Source of the DNA: Chiloscyllium plagiosum
Lineage: Eukaryota
Direction of reading: 5' to 3'
DNA length: 58,894 nt
Assembly (NCBI RefSeq): GCF_004010195.1
Contig: NC_057719.1
Span: 4,889,794-4,948,687, forward strand
Shown: positions 11,719 through 24,254 of the stretch, one piece after another
How the letters are laid out: each line of letters starts with the position of its first letter
Numbering within the stretch: position 1 is the first letter of the stretch
Position numbers and translations under genes: made by a program
The notes under the pieces: model-generated
The model's database searches: none
Told to the model about the DNA's origin: nothing
What the model saw: the letters and a program-made list of their open reading frames with translations, nothing else

Positions 11719-13154
11719 GAGATGAAAGGAGAAAGATTTAAAAGTAATCTTTTTCTCACAGAGGGTGGTGCGTGTATGGAATGAGGTGCTAGAGGAAGTG
11801 GTGGAGGCTGGTACAATTACAACATTTTAAAAGGTATCTGGATGAGTGTATGAATAGGAAGGGTTTGGAGGGATAAGGGCCAAGTGCTGGAAAATGGGAC
11901 TCGTTAAGTCTAGGATACTTGGTCAGCACAGACAAGTTGGACTGAAGGGTATGCTTTCGGGCTGCGTAATTCTGATCTGGAAAGGATTGAGCAATAAATG
12001 CTGTTGATTGTTATAAGAAAGATTGCCATAAAACCCAAGTTATTTACTACAACAATAGCTTGCTTTTATATGGCATCCTTAGTATGGTAAAATGGGTCAC
12101 AATAGTGCTAAGTGCTTTACAATGCTAATTAAAGTCTCTTTGGGAATGGAAGCTTAGTCTTATGGTTTCAGGGGGAGAAAACTCCAAAATGGCCAGAAAT
12201 GAGCCACTTGTTTATTTTGAAGGAAATGGGGGCTGGGTACTAAATGCCAAACTATCCCAGAATGATTTAAATGAAGATCTTTGTGCATAGTATGGGCTGC
12301 ATGCCATCCTAATGGTTTCTGAATCAAAGTGGAAGGAACTTTGCTCCAGGGTTGAAACAGGCAGGAAACAAGACTGGACTTGCAACTTTGAGATTGTACC
12401 ACAGTGGGGGGATGTATGAAGCAGTCATGTTAGTGTTGGCTTGAGGGGAAAGGACAAAGAAAATGTGAATATCTTTACTGTTGAGTGATTTTCTGATTTT
12501 AAGTGGCTCCTGAATCAGCTCCAGGGGTTATGTCTCCACCTGTTCATCCTTGCGTTCTGTGGTTTAGACCAGTGTGTTCCTGCAGCAGGGCTGAGATGAG
12601 GAGTCATGCACTTTTTGACATTAATTTGAGGTACAGAATAGTGCAGATTATTGTTGTAGAAAGTTAGTTGGGTTTTTATGGTGATTGCTAAAATTCATTA
12701 ATGACGTGCATGGTCAGTATGTATTACTCATCCCTAATTACCCCCTGAAAAGAAGCGCTCCTTTTTGGGAGCTATTGATTAACTTACTACAGTGTTTCAG
12801 AGGGCAGTTGAGACTCCACTATCAATGCAATGGCTCTGGAATTGGTCTGATTGTCGTGTTGCCCATCTGTCCCAGGGTGGTTCTAGAGATGTTCTCCTCT
12901 GGAATCCCAGATAGTATTGATGAGCACGCCATTGGCAATTATACTGCACTCTCCAATCAACCAAAGAAAAAAATACTTTGAGCTCAAGTTCACTTTCAGC
13001 TTATAGAATCAAAAATGTTTCTTGCCTAATCTCTTAATGAATGCAACAATCACCAAGGTTGCTTTGAGAGTACTTTACAAAAGGGCAAGGGCAGCAAACA
13101 CGTGGGAACACCAGCCTGTCACTTTCAAAGGAGTAAATATTAGTATATCTACAG

Positions 13155-13365
13155 CATAGAGGCTATTTGACCCTGATACCAGCCCTCTGAAGAGCATCCC
13201 ACCCAGACCTATCCTCCTTCCCTATCCCTGTAGTTCTGTATTTCCTGTAGCTGGCCAATCCACCTAACCTGCAAGTTTTTGGACTGTGGGAGGAAACCGG
13301 AGCACCCGGAGGAAAGCCAGGCAGACAAGGGGAGAACATGCCACCTCCACACAGCCATTCGCCTG
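13155..13365 (-). mobile_element. HE1-type V-SINE, partial
   Basis: V-domain GGACTGTGGGAGGAAACCGGAGCACCCGGAGGAAA. Confidence 0.8.
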
Positions 13366-13693
13366 ACGATAGTTAATATGCTAATACAGAGTACATATTG
13401 GCCAGAACCCTGGAGAGCACTTTGGTTTTTGATCTTGAAAATGATGCCACTGGATTTTTCATCTCCATCTGAGAGTGCAACCGGGGTTCCTGTTGAGGAT
13501 GGAACCTGTGATAATAGTGCACTGTCAGCCTACATCATGGTTATTGTTGGGAAGAGCTGGTCGAGATTCTATTTTGGTAATTCAAATAGATTTGTGTAAC
13601 GGGAAACAATTGCTTCACATTTTTCATGAAAACCTAATGAAATGATATCTCAGGTGATTTATGTTTTGAAAAAATACAGCCTGTCTCTAATAT

Positions 13694-13812
13694 AAAACAA
13701 AGAATTGCAGATACTGGAGATTTGAAATGAAAATAAAGTACTGGTGAAACTCAGAGTCCAGCAATATTTGTGGAAAGAGAAACCAAATTCATGTTTTGAG
13801 CCCAATATATCT
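13694..13812 (-). mobile_element. PLE-derived element (family C), decayed
   Basis: AAAACAAAGAATTGCAGATACTGGAGATTTGAAA...ACTCAG resembles 34589-34690. Confidence 0.55.
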
Positions 13813-13821
13813 CCTATTAAT

Positions 13822-14155
13822 AACGAGGGATGTAGATAGAGTTGACAGTAATTGTCTTTTCCCTAGTATGGGGGATTTCAGGGCGAGGGGGCATTTTCTT
13901 AAGGTGAGAGGAGAAAAATTTGGAGCAATTTTTTAAAGAGGGTGATTCGTGTGTGGAATGAACTTCCTAAGGCAGTGGTGGATGTGGGTATAGTTACAAT
14001 ATTTAAATGGCATTTGGGTAAGTACATGAGCAGGAAATGTTTGGAGGGATATGGGCCAGGAGCAGGCAGGTGGGACTAGTTTAGTTTGGGATTATGTCCA
14101 GTTTGGACTGGTCGGAGCAATGGGTCTATTCCCATCCTGTATCACTATGACTTTA
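13822..14155 (+). mobile_element. CR1-type LINE 3' end
   Basis: GTGTGGAATGAACTTCC...GGAGGGATATGGGCCAGGAGCAGGCAGGTGGGACTAG matches the 3' ends of other CR1 copies. Confidence 0.8.
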
Positions 14156-14461
14156 TACAGGCTTTTGATATTTCTGTTTTTATTTCAGTTTGTGTCTTAT
14201 GGGACACTGAGAAGATGAGAGCAGTGATCCTTTTGAAGCTTTTTGGAACAGACATTGATCAGTAAACTCTGCTTTTCCCGCCTCTGTAGGCCAATTTGTA
14301 ATCTATTTTAAATACAATGTGCCCATTGTGTTCTTGATGGTCCTCTGCTGTGACTTGAGTTACACTGCTTGTACATGGTTAAAATTTCTGACTTACACTG
14401 AACCACATGAGAGATTTACTTTAGCTTGTTTTAATTCATTGCTGTTAAGTGCAGCATATAT

Positions 14462-14690
14462 TTTCCAGAGGACAGTAAAGAGTCAATTATCATTGTTATT
14501 GGTCTGGGGTCACATGTAGGCCAGACCAGGTAAGAGCAGATTTCCTTTGTCAAAGGACACTTTTTTAAATAACAATCAATGCATGGTCGCCATTAGATTA
14601 GCTTTATTTTTCACTTTTCATTGAATTCAAATTGTGCCAGCTGCCAGTGATGCAGAGTCCAGTGATATTACCATAACTCCTCTACTGCCT
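14462..14690 (-). mobile_element. tRNA-type SINE family 2
   Basis: GGTCACATGTAGGCCAGACCAGGTAAG...CAGATTTCCTT shared core. Confidence 0.6.
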
Positions 14691-15502
14691 CATTTGGATT
14701 GACGAGCACTGGGGTAGATGTGAGGAAGCATTTTCAAACAGTAGGTGGAGTGGTCAAACCCGCTGATGGGCAAGGCACTGCGATTGGAGGAATGCAGAAA
14801 TCTCGGATGTTTGAAAGGCTGGAGGAAGTTGCAGAGATGGGGAGAGGTGAGGTTCCTTTCACCTCCAGGGTAAAAATGCTAAACTGTTGGGTTTTGCTTC
14901 AGCAGCAATCGGCGCTGGTTACCCAACACCAGGAGCTGTTGGGGAACATGGGGTTTTTGCCAATTTTGCCCTCCGCATCTGTGGGCATCAATCCATTACA
15001 AAGGGTGAATTGATTTTTTAAAAAAAAATTTAACAGGAACTAGCTGGTTGGTGGGGATAATATAAAAGGGAGATATCACTGTAGCAGACAGAACGCAGGA
15101 GCTGACTACATCAGTCATTATCCCTGAGGAGCTCAGTGTGCAGCTCTGTACGGTGCAGGTTATCATTTGTGCAAGTAATTCATTATCGCTCTGAAACCAA
15201 AAAGTTTCATAGCCTGGGGCTTTGGTGGGGGGAGCAGGGACCTTGGAAATTCAAGAAACACCTCTGAACAGAGCAAGTGATGTGCTCCAAAAAATAAATG
15301 AACTTGACCTACATATTTCTCAATGTGTTTGCTCGGATGATGCAACAGCAGACCATTGTCTTTCACTGATTAATTAATGAGGACTAATGACGTCTGGAGA
15401 GGATTTTCCAGGCGTCCAGTCACAGTTGTGACAAAAGTTCCTGCATTTTGGAGCAGATTTCATGGCTGGAGGCAGTTAACCACCCTGTCAGTTAACCCAT
15501 TT

Positions 15503-15727
15503 CACCGCCGCTCCCTCACCACCAGACGCCTGGAGGAAGAACGCCTCATCTTCCACCTCGGAATGCTTCAACCCCAGGGCATCAATATGGACTTCAACAG
15601 TTTCCTCATTTCCCCTTCTCCCACCTTACCCTAGTTCCAAAAGGGCTTTTGCCCGAAATGTCGATTTTACTGCTCCTCGGATGCTGCCTGAACTGCTGTG
15701 CTCTTCCAGCACCACCAATCCAGAACC
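15503..15727 (+). mobile_element. Penelope-like element 3' fragment (ORF end plus family A pLTR)
   Basis: Encodes HRRSLTTRRLEEERLIFHLGMLQPQGINMDF (end of GIY-YIG domain), followed by AAGGGCTTTTGCCCGAAATGTCGATT. Confidence 0.85.
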
Positions 15728-16164
15728 ATTTGTCTTACCTGTCCAGCCATTGCTACCGGAACATTTTTCGTAAACACTTCTGGGATTGATGCAGTATTGC
15801 AGCAGGCTAAGAGATTTCAGGTTGTAAACTGAGGTGGGCCCTGGGGAGCAGGGGGTGTCCTGTGCCCCACCCTCCCAACAAGGGAGCCTAAGGGGGCACC
15901 CTTTCCTAGGGTGCTGACTTCACTACAGCTCCTTTCCCTAATCACCTCTATCCTGATTGTGCTGTGAGATTTCTACTTTCCTTTAATTCTGGTCCCTTCA
16001 TTTCCCCAGATCCTAATCACCCACCATTGGCAGGTTATGCCTTCAGCTCCCTAAAACTCTGAAATCCTCTCCCTGAGAGTCCGTACCTATTAACCTTCCT
16101 CTCTTCCTTTTTAAATGCTCTTTGATCAAGCAATTAACCATCAGCCTTCACACTTTTCATTAAT

Positions 16165-16435
16165 TCATTCATGGGATGTGGGTGTTGCTGGTTGGATCAG
16201 AATTTGTTGTCCATACCTGATTTTCCAGAGGGTAATATCATTCACCCACATTGCTGTAGGCCAGACCAGGTAAGGACGGCAGATTTCCTTCTCTAAAGGA
16301 CATCGGTGAACCAAACTCTGCGTTTCAGATTTTTTTGGACTTGAATTCCAATCTGCCGTGACAGGATTTGAACTCCGATCCCCAGGATATTAATACGGGA
16401 TCGATAGTCTCATGATAATACCACTCAGTCATCAC
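16165..16435 (-). mobile_element. tRNA-type SINE family 2
   Basis: CATGGGATGTGGG tail, CCAGACCAGGTAAGGACGGCAGATTTCC core, GGATTTGAAC reverse B box. Confidence 0.65.
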
Positions 16436-17067
16436 CTCTATCCTATCTCCTCATCTGGGTTACTGTCAAATTGTGCTTTATGTTAATGGGTTAGTTAATG
16501 AATGAATGTTATATGAATAAAAATGTTTGTTATACAGTTGGCTTTTGCTCTCGCAGAATAGCGCACTGAGTGACTGCTTGATGCAAGTTAACCACTGGGA
16601 ATATTTCAAGCTCATCTGCAGCAGGCATAGCATCTGCTCCATGTTCCAGAGTTTACACACCCACGAGCTATGGGTATTCGATAGAAACTGTTGAATAGTT
16701 CGGGGATGAAAGGGTGAAGCAGAGAAACCAGTTTTTTTTTGAAGTAAAAGATCTGAAGTTGCGACTCACAGTTGGGAGACAAAGTCCTGAATTATTGATG
16801 CTGTGTATAATGGCACAAGCTTCTTTTATGACTCTCTAAATCTTGATTCATGTTACAAAACAAACAGAGCAATAAATGAGGTGGCAGGAGGGACTTGGGG
16901 CTTGCTTGCTATCATTTTTACATAAACCTGTCAGACAGCCTTAACTCAGCCTGGTACCTGTTCTCGTTGGATTTGCTCCAGCACCTCACTGTTACTTAAA
17001 GAAACCATTCTCTTTATTCCCCAGATTCTCTTTCTGTAGCGACTACCACCACCTTTTTAAGGGCAGT

Positions 17068-17385
17068 GGGGCGGCATGGTGGCTCAGTGGTTAGCACTGA
17101 TCTCACAGCACCATGGACCCAGGTTCGGTTCCAGCCTCTGGCGACTGTCTGTGTGGAGTTTGCACGTTCTCCCAGTGTCTGCGTGGGTTTCCTCCCGGGT
17201 GCCCCGGTTTCCTCCCACAGTCCAAAGATGTGCAGGTCAGGTGAATTGGCCACGCTAAATTGCCCGTAGTGTTAGTCAGGGATACATAGGGGGTATGGGT
17301 CTGGGTGGGTTACTGTTCGGAGGGTCATTGTGGACCTGTTGGGCCAAAGGGCCTGTTTCACTACTGTAGGTAATCTAATCTAATC
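17068..17385 (+). mobile_element. HE1-type V-SINE, full length
   Basis: A box TGGCTCAGTGG, B-box-like GGTTCGGTTCC, V-domain, CR1-like tail GGGCCAAAGGGCCTGTTTC, (TAATC)3 terminus. Confidence 0.9.
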
Positions 17386-17464
17386 ATGTGGTGATCTTCA
17401 AATGCTGCTCTGTACTGACTAAGCAAACCAGTCAATAATCACAAGTCTCCCAGCCACACTCCTA

Positions 17465-17850
17465 TCCTGGCTTGGAAATATATTGTCATTCCATAAGACC
17501 ATAAGACATAGGAGTGGAAGTAAGGCCATTCAGCCCATCGAGTCCACTCCCACCTTTTCCAAGCCATGTATTATTTTGTATGTCTCTATTAAGTCTCCCC
17601 TTAATCTTCTAAACTCTAACAAATACAATCCCCGTATCCTCAGCCGTTCCTCATATGTGATTCCTCAGTGCGACTGGGTCAAAGTCCTGGAACATTACCT
17701 CCCTAATTCCATTTTAGTTGTGCCTACAGTGCACAGTGCATGGACTGCAGTTGAACAAGAGGATGCTCAACACCACCTTCTCAAGGGCAACGAAGGATTG
17801 GCATTAAATACTGACCTATCCTTAATGCCCACAACCAGTGAAAGAATTGA
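17465..17850 (+). mobile_element. LINE family 2 3' end interrupted by an antisense CR1 fragment (about 17492-17660)
   Basis: CTTGGAAATATATTG...[CATAAGACCATAAGACATAGGAG]...CACCACCTTCTCAAGGGCAA. Confidence 0.6.
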
Positions 17851-18944
17851 AAACAAAAGCCCAGGGGATCCATTCTGCCCATCGATTCTATGTCCGCTCC
17901 TTGCAGACAACTCTAATTAGTTCAGGTTAATATTTCCCAATTGCTAATCCAGTTTCCATTTGAAATTGTTTTAATGTCTTCACTTCCATCATCACTGCAG
18001 GCCAGTGAAGTTTCTCTTCAGTTTGAAGGCAATTCTCACTTTCAGGTTTCTGCAATTCAGCCAGATCCTCCCCAGAGGACACGTTTGCAGTCACAACTGT
18101 ACTATCCTCACTGGTCAGATTTATGAAACATTGGCAGAGCTTGTTGCTGAAGTAAAGCATACTTTGACAAAGGGCCTTTGAGTGTTTGTCCTCACTGAGA
18201 ACTGCATCGTCTTTATGTACAAACATTTGTGAATGCAGTCAAGTTGCCCACCAAAGATGTTCTTTTACAGTTGGGTAGGGATTTCTTGCTGACCATTCAT
18301 AGTGAGATTTTCTTTTCCCTCCTGTCTAATAGAGCTCCTGAGGTCATTTTGTTGTCTCAGCTAAGATCAGATCACAGCTACCAATTCACCCCGAACATGA
18401 ACAATATCCACAGTTGTGTTATCGAACGGAGTTTTCATGATATGACATTTCCCATGTTAGCTTCCATTCTAAGGTCAGAAGTAGAGGGGTTTTCCCAATG
18501 TTTTAGCACTATTTGTGACTCAACTACTGAAACGGTCGGTTTCTGAATGCAGCAAGACCTGGATGACAATTGTGATTTGGGTTGATGGGTAACAGTACCT
18601 GACACTAGTGTAGTGAGAATGACCATTTCCAGCAGGAGATAGTTTAACTATCGCCAAGGACGTCACCGTGCCGGAATTCCACACTACCAACATCTTGAAG
18701 ATTAACATTGACCAGAAACTGAACTGCCTCAATCATGCAATTTCACCTTAAAGGAGGGATCCAGCTACATTAGAAGCAATTCAAAGTGGCTTCTTGACTG
18801 ATCTCTGGGATGGGGGCAGTGGTTATCTTTGGAGGAAAGGTTTGATAGGCTTGTCCTCTAACCATTGTAGTTTAGAACAATGAGAGGTGATCTTATTGAT
18901 AAGATTCTGAGAGGACTTGACAGGATGGATGTAGAGAGAGAGAC

Positions 18945-19040
18945 AAACATAGGGTGCTGGAGAAGCTCAGTAGGCCTGGCAGTATCTATGGAGTGAGAAA
19001 CAGTTAGTGTTTCGAGTCTGGTATTACCTTTCTTCAGAAC
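18945..19040 (-). mobile_element. PLE-derived element (family C) with hammerhead-like core
   Basis: Minus strand reads AGTT-CTGAAGA-AAGGTAATACCAGACTC-GAAACACT-AACT. Confidence 0.65.
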
Positions 19041-19434
19041 TCTTATTAAGATCCTGGCCACGTGGAGGTGTTTTTTTTCCTCTCCTTTTGGGTTCATTTT
19101 GATGCATATTGTTATCTTCAATAACGTGCCAGATATTGCTGTTTCTCTTCCCTTGTGAGTTGACGGTCACTAACCTCCTGCTATCTGGAGAGAATGACCC
19201 TCCATTCCCTTTCCCATTTAAACTGCAAATATAAGCAGAGTGATGTAACTAGATTACATCAGTGCAGGATATTAATGGGAGAATCTGAACTTTGCACTTG
19301 GTGAGTAGTGAACATGCAGCGGAAATCTTAATCTCGGCCTTCCCCCTCACGGGGCCTTTGTAAGCTGGGGCAGTTTATTCCGTTTTAGTATGGAGCCCTT
19401 TTTTTTTTTTAAAGAAATTGCAACCAAACCACAA

Positions 19435-19730
19435 ACTTGCATTTACACGGTGGCTTTCACACCCCAAGGATGTTTTGAAGCACTTTGCAGCCAATGAGAT
19501 AGTCAATGAGAGAGACTGACATAATGTGTGAAACATGACGGGAAACATTGTACTCAGCAATAGCCCCCACACAGCAATGAGCATTGCGATTGGATCGACT
19601 GATCCTGGTGAAGGCCATGACATCAGTGATCCTGCCCTTTGTTCTTTGAAATTCTGCCTTGATGTCTTAGGCACCCACCAGAGAGAGCAGATGAGGCCTT
19701 GGTTCAGTATTGCAATTGAAAGATATTTGA
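19435..19730 (-). mobile_element. DeuSINE (SacSINE1-like) relic
   Basis: ACTTGCATTTA...GCACTTTGCAGCCAATGA...CCCACACAGCAATG is the reverse complement of the Deu domain plus L2-like tail also seen at 35560-36004. Confidence 0.55.
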
Positions 19731-19799
19731 ACATCAGAGTTAGGAACAGATGTAGGCCATTCAGCCCTCAAGCCTGTGATGGCAGTCCACAAGATCATT

Positions 19800-19919
19800 C
19801 CTGATGAAGCGCTTTTGCCCATAATGTTGACTGTCGTCCTCGGATGCTGCCTGACCTGCTGTACTTTTCCAGCGTGTCACTCTCTACTCTAATCTCCAGC
19901 ATCTGCAGGCCTCACTTTC
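19800..19919 (+). mobile_element. PLE pLTR-derived element (family A)
   Basis: 14-bp TSD TCCACAAGATCATT at 19786-19799 and 19920-19933; begins with degenerate hammerhead CCTGATGAAGCGCTTTTGCCCATAATGTTG. Confidence 0.8.
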
Positions 19920-20022
19920 TCCACAAGATCATTTAACCCAGGCCTCTGCTCTTTCATGCCAGCTCAGCGTAGCCATCATCTCCCTCATCTACTCCCATTC
20001 AACCCGACGACTCTTCCAGTGA

Positions 20023-20209
20023 GGTCAGGAAGCATCAAATGAGCAGGAGAATCGATGTTTCGGGCATACGCCCTCCTTCAGGAAGGGCTAAAGAAGGGCT
20101 TATGCCTGAAACGTCGATGTTCCTCCTCCTTTGCTGCCTGACCTGCTGCACTTTTCCAGCAACACATTTTTAAGCTCTGATCTCCAGCATCTGCAGTCCT
20201 CACTTTCTC
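20023..20209. mobile_element. PLE pLTR-derived palindromic element (family A)
   Basis: 12-bp TSD CTCTTCCAGTGA at 20011-20022 and 20210-20221; divergent hammerhead copies on both strands. Confidence 0.83.
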
Positions 20210-21205
20210 CTCTTCCAGTGATCCAACCTCCTCAATTCTCTGGGTCTGGGAAAAGAACTTCTGTTACTTTTCAGTTTTAAATGAATGTTCCCAACGCAGC
20301 AGTCCTTCAACACTGCACTGAGGGCCTGAGTCTCAGTTTACATTGCATTTCAGTGTGACCAGCTTCAGATTGAATGAACGGTTGGCAGCATTGTAGGGAA
20401 TAAAGGTATAAGCAGCATCCTATCCCCTGCTCCCCCTCTACCTCATCAGCTTTTAGAGACTCCGGGTGAGGGGTTAGAGAGTGAAGGAGACTGGCTGTTG
20501 GTGGGGAAAGAGTGCTGTCTATATGTAAATATGTTTGCAACATGGTAGCTGAAGTTAATATCCTGGGAGTCCTGTGTTGAAGGAAAAGGAATTTTATCCT
20601 CCATGCAACTTGATATCACGCCAGAATCTTTTGTTTCTGTCTGTACTGTACATGCGGAACAAAGGGATTAATGATGGTCTGTCCTGCCTGACGGCAGACA
20701 GTGAGATATCTGTGAAAGGTTGGTTGTCCAGCTGTCTCAGTGCAGTTCAACTCTTGTGTTTTACCTGGTTGCCAGCACTGCTTTACATTTCTCTACATTT
20801 TAAATAAATACTGTCCTCTCGGATACTAACTGGATGACATTTGTGCCATGGTTGGGTCACAGAATCCATTCCAACAGAGTGCTGTTCTGGACGAGTGTGG
20901 ATTTCTGTCTGTTGACTTGTTTGGACGTGGAGACACACTAGGAAGGCTGGTGTGGTGTAATCACGAGAGTGGCCAGCTAAATGCATCAACCTTACAACTC
21001 TAGATGCCGACTTGGATGGGTCTGACATTGAGAGTCGGGGACTTTTTGTGATGTATTTCAATTTGGATTGTGGTGGGCTCCAAATCAGTGTGGGGGCAGA
21101 GTGGGATCTGTCTCCTAGGTATCCATGTGCTGAACTGGATACCAGATTAGCAACCTGCGGTTTTGAGACCGATTGGCCGAGGTGAGTTTTGAGAACTTGA
21201 ACGCG

Positions 21206-21342
21206 ATGGGTGGCACAGCGCCAGAGACCTGGATTTGTTTCCAGCCCCTGGTGACTCTGTGTGGAGTTTGCATGTTCCTCTAATGGGTTTCCTCCAGTTT
21301 CTGCCCACAGTCCAAAGATCTGCAGGTTAGGTGGATTGGCCA
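21206..21342 (+). mobile_element. HE1-type V-SINE, partial
   Basis: CTGTGTGGAGTTTGCATGTT...CCCACAGTCCAAAGATCTGCAGGTTAGGTGGATTGGCCA. Confidence 0.75.
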
Positions 21343-22267
21343 AATATAAAGTAGGAGGACTACTCGGCTTTCAATCTGTTGCGAGGTTAGCGGCATTCCT
21401 GAGCCTTTAGTTGTGGAGTGAAGGACCTGTTCCAGGAGTTGAAGCAAATACTGTATACAGGCTGCAATGCTGAGGGGGTTTCTTGGAATGAACATTTTAG
21501 CTGACCAACGTCTGACCCCAGAAGGGAGTCTCTAATGGAGGCAGACTGACATTGTGTGACATTAGTGATAGTGCACGTAGATGCTTGAGGATATTAGAAG
21601 CCATTATATTGTGTGTTATGTAGAGTGGAAATTAACGTTATTAACTTCAGCCCATGAATACTTTAAAGTGTAATTACCTTCTGTTTTGGGAGTTTGTTCC
21701 AGTAATGGCCCATTTTAAATTGGATTACAGAATGTATTCCCTATGGTGTGTTGCACCTAGTTCTGTTTAATTAAGTTATCTCCCTTAGGTCTTCTCAAAG
21801 TTCAATTATAATCAAATAAACATCAGATTAAACTGTGTATTAAGGTTCTCTTAGTTTCACAAAACATTAGCACAGCATTCTGCTTTCTCTTCCTTGTTTC
21901 CTTGAATGCATAAATCTGTTTTATTTATAAAATCCTGACTTTGAGGAATTTCCTTCTCAAAATTTCAGTGTGTTCAATTGTTGAAGTGTCCAGAAACTCT
22001 GCACGGTTTTCTGTTGTCAAGAGTGTGTTAATAATCAAAGCATTAAATGATCTATTTGAAAATCTTTGATCTTCAGCATTTACCAGTGCCCTATAGTAAT
22101 GTACGTTTGAGTTTTGAGCACTTTGTGGTCTTGGTTGAAATCCGTGCTGGGACCATTCAAGGATCTGTTCTGTCTTTTCTCCTATGCCAATTGTGGTTTA
22201 CAAATAAACAACATTTCCATTGGGCAGTAATGGAGCTGTGATGTTGAATTATTTATGTATTACCCAT

Positions 22268-22805
22268 TTCTAGTTGTCCTTGAGAAGGTGGCCTTTTTTG
22301 AACCGCTGCAGTCCATGTGCTGTAGGTCTACCCACAATGCCCTTAGGGAGGGAATGCTGGGATTTTGACTCGGCGGCACTGAAGGAATGGTGATATATTT
22401 CCAAGTCAGGATGGGGAGTGGCTTGGAGGGGAACATGCAGGTGGTGGTGCTGCCCTTGGATGTGGCTGTGCTTTTGGAAGGTGCTGTCTAAGGAACTTTG
22501 AATTTCTGCAGTGCATTTTGTAGGTAATAGATACTGCCATGGAGGGAGAGGATGTTTTGGGATGTCATCAACTGGTTGGTGTCGAGTTCTTGAATGTTGT
22601 TGGAGCTGCACCCATCCACATAAGTGGGGAGTATTCCATCACACTCCTGACTTGTGCTCTGTAAATGGCAGGGTTACTAACATCTGACCTGCTCTTGTCG
22701 CCATTATTTGGTGAGTCCAGTGAGTTTCTGGGCAATGGTAACCCCCCTGATGTTGACAGTGGGGGATTTGGTGATGGTAAACCCATTGAATGTCAAAGGC
22801 AGTGG
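22268..22805 (-). mobile_element. LINE family 2 3' fragment
   Basis: Minus frame AIYRAQVRSVMEYSPLMWMGAAPTT; shared 3' UTR. Confidence 0.8.
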
Positions 22806-24254
22806 TCCTTGAAAGAAACTGACTTGATGGAATAAAGTTTCGATCTTAAACTGTAGACCCATTTCTAGTGCATCCTTGAAAATGTTTATCCACTACTACT
22901 TGATGACCAAGGAGGATGAAAGATTATTGGGGATATGAAGGAAGGTAGAGTTGAGGTTAACATCAGGTCAACCATGGTCTTATTGAATGGGGTAGCAGGC
23001 CTGAAAGGCTGAGTGGCCTACTCCTGTTCACTCTGACAGCCTTGTCTGCATCTCTGGCTCAGGAATTGCCTCCTTGCATTGTTCCTTTCTCTCAGCAGAA
23101 ACTATAAAAAGAAAACATGCGAAAAAATTACCTGGCCAATAAAATTGATAAATACGATTGGCTGGGTCAGTCAGATTTATGAAGTATCTTTCAGCATCAC
23201 AGGAATAGTTACCTCTGGCCGTGTTTTTGATTGTCTGTCTTTCTGACTATCTCTCCGGATCAGTGTCAAATCTTAGTAAGCGTTTCTGTCAAGCCCTTTG
23301 AAAAGACTTTCCTGTGTTTACTCAATGGCATAAAGCCAAGGTGACCACGCCATGTGCTCCAGTAATAGTTACGTTTTAAATACACTAACATCATGCTAAT
23401 AAAATAAGCTGAACCCTTCTAAGATATTTCTGCAGGAGAGTGGAAAATGTTTAATGTCTAGTCTTGCCACACTGAATCTGTCCAAATCCATGGAGTTGGT
23501 GGGTGGCAAGGGATCTAGAGGCTTCATTAATCCCACCTGCTATCCCTCAGCAAACCTCTTTCAAAACACCTGGAAATGCACACAGTTATTTTATTTATTA
23601 AAGGCCAGCAATGATGCTGCAGGTAGTTCTTTGTCAGAGCTGTTTATAATGGATGGGTAGCACTGCCAAGACACAGACCTTGTTAATGCACACGGGATTT
23701 AGAGATGGAAATGAAAGCACATCAGTCAAACCACTGCCATCCAGTCAGAGGAACGTCTCCTCACTATAAATGGACCGTCCAAATGCAACACCGAATCCCA
23801 GACTGTTCTCCTGAGTCTCCCTGATCAGGAAAACCCTGGAAAAGCTTTACATCAGTTGAATCCTAGTCAGAGTAGGGATGTGGAGATGTAACTACAGTGG
23901 TAATGCCCTGTGCTCACCATCTGTGATGGATAGGCTGAAAACTCTCTCTCTTTGCAAAGATAATTATTTGATACAAAACAGAAAAAGCTTAAAGTCCAGT
24001 CTCTTGTCCGGCATTGTGATATTCTGTTTATAAAAATTTGATACCAATTGTTCCACTATAACATGCGTTTTGTTAATGCGAATTCTCTGTAAAGCAATGG
24101 ATGCACTTTCTAAAGAGCAAACCTTTAGAACGTGTGTTTGCTGCAACGTGATTATGTCACCAACACTTTAAGCGCTATTTCTGAAGGGTGGTTTTTCTGT
24201 AACACTGGGTCACACAAGAACGCAGCCATCACATTATCACAACTACCTGTAGAA

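Larger units (their letters stand above)
9950..11975 (+). mobile_element. CR1/HER1-type LINE, about 2 kb, decayed, internally deleted, with two nested insertions
   Basis: ORFs KSPGPDQVYPRTLWEA, KPGNYRPMSLMSVVGRLLE...SQHGF...VDVIYMDFSKAFDKVP, WAEKWQMEFNSDKCEVLHFG; 3' UTR matches the other copies. Confidence 0.93.

Noticed and set aside
15061..15070. TATAAAAGGG TATA-like box
   Set aside because: Isolated motif with no CpG island or downstream exon evidence.
17068..17140. tRNA-like sequence with A and B boxes (also at other HE1 heads)
   Set aside because: SINE head continuing into the V-domain and LINE tail; not a tRNA gene.
17927..18226. 99-aa minus ORF
   Set aside because: C-terminal part resembles a decayed CR1 end, the rest is unrecognisable; no splice support seen.
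20783..21343. 186-aa minus ORF
   Set aside because: Starts in an antisense HE1 SINE; no recognisable domain.
23690..23900. Short open frames in unique sequence (e.g. TTAIQSEERLLTINGPSK...)
   Set aside because: No convincing splice sites or homology; in-frame stop just upstream.
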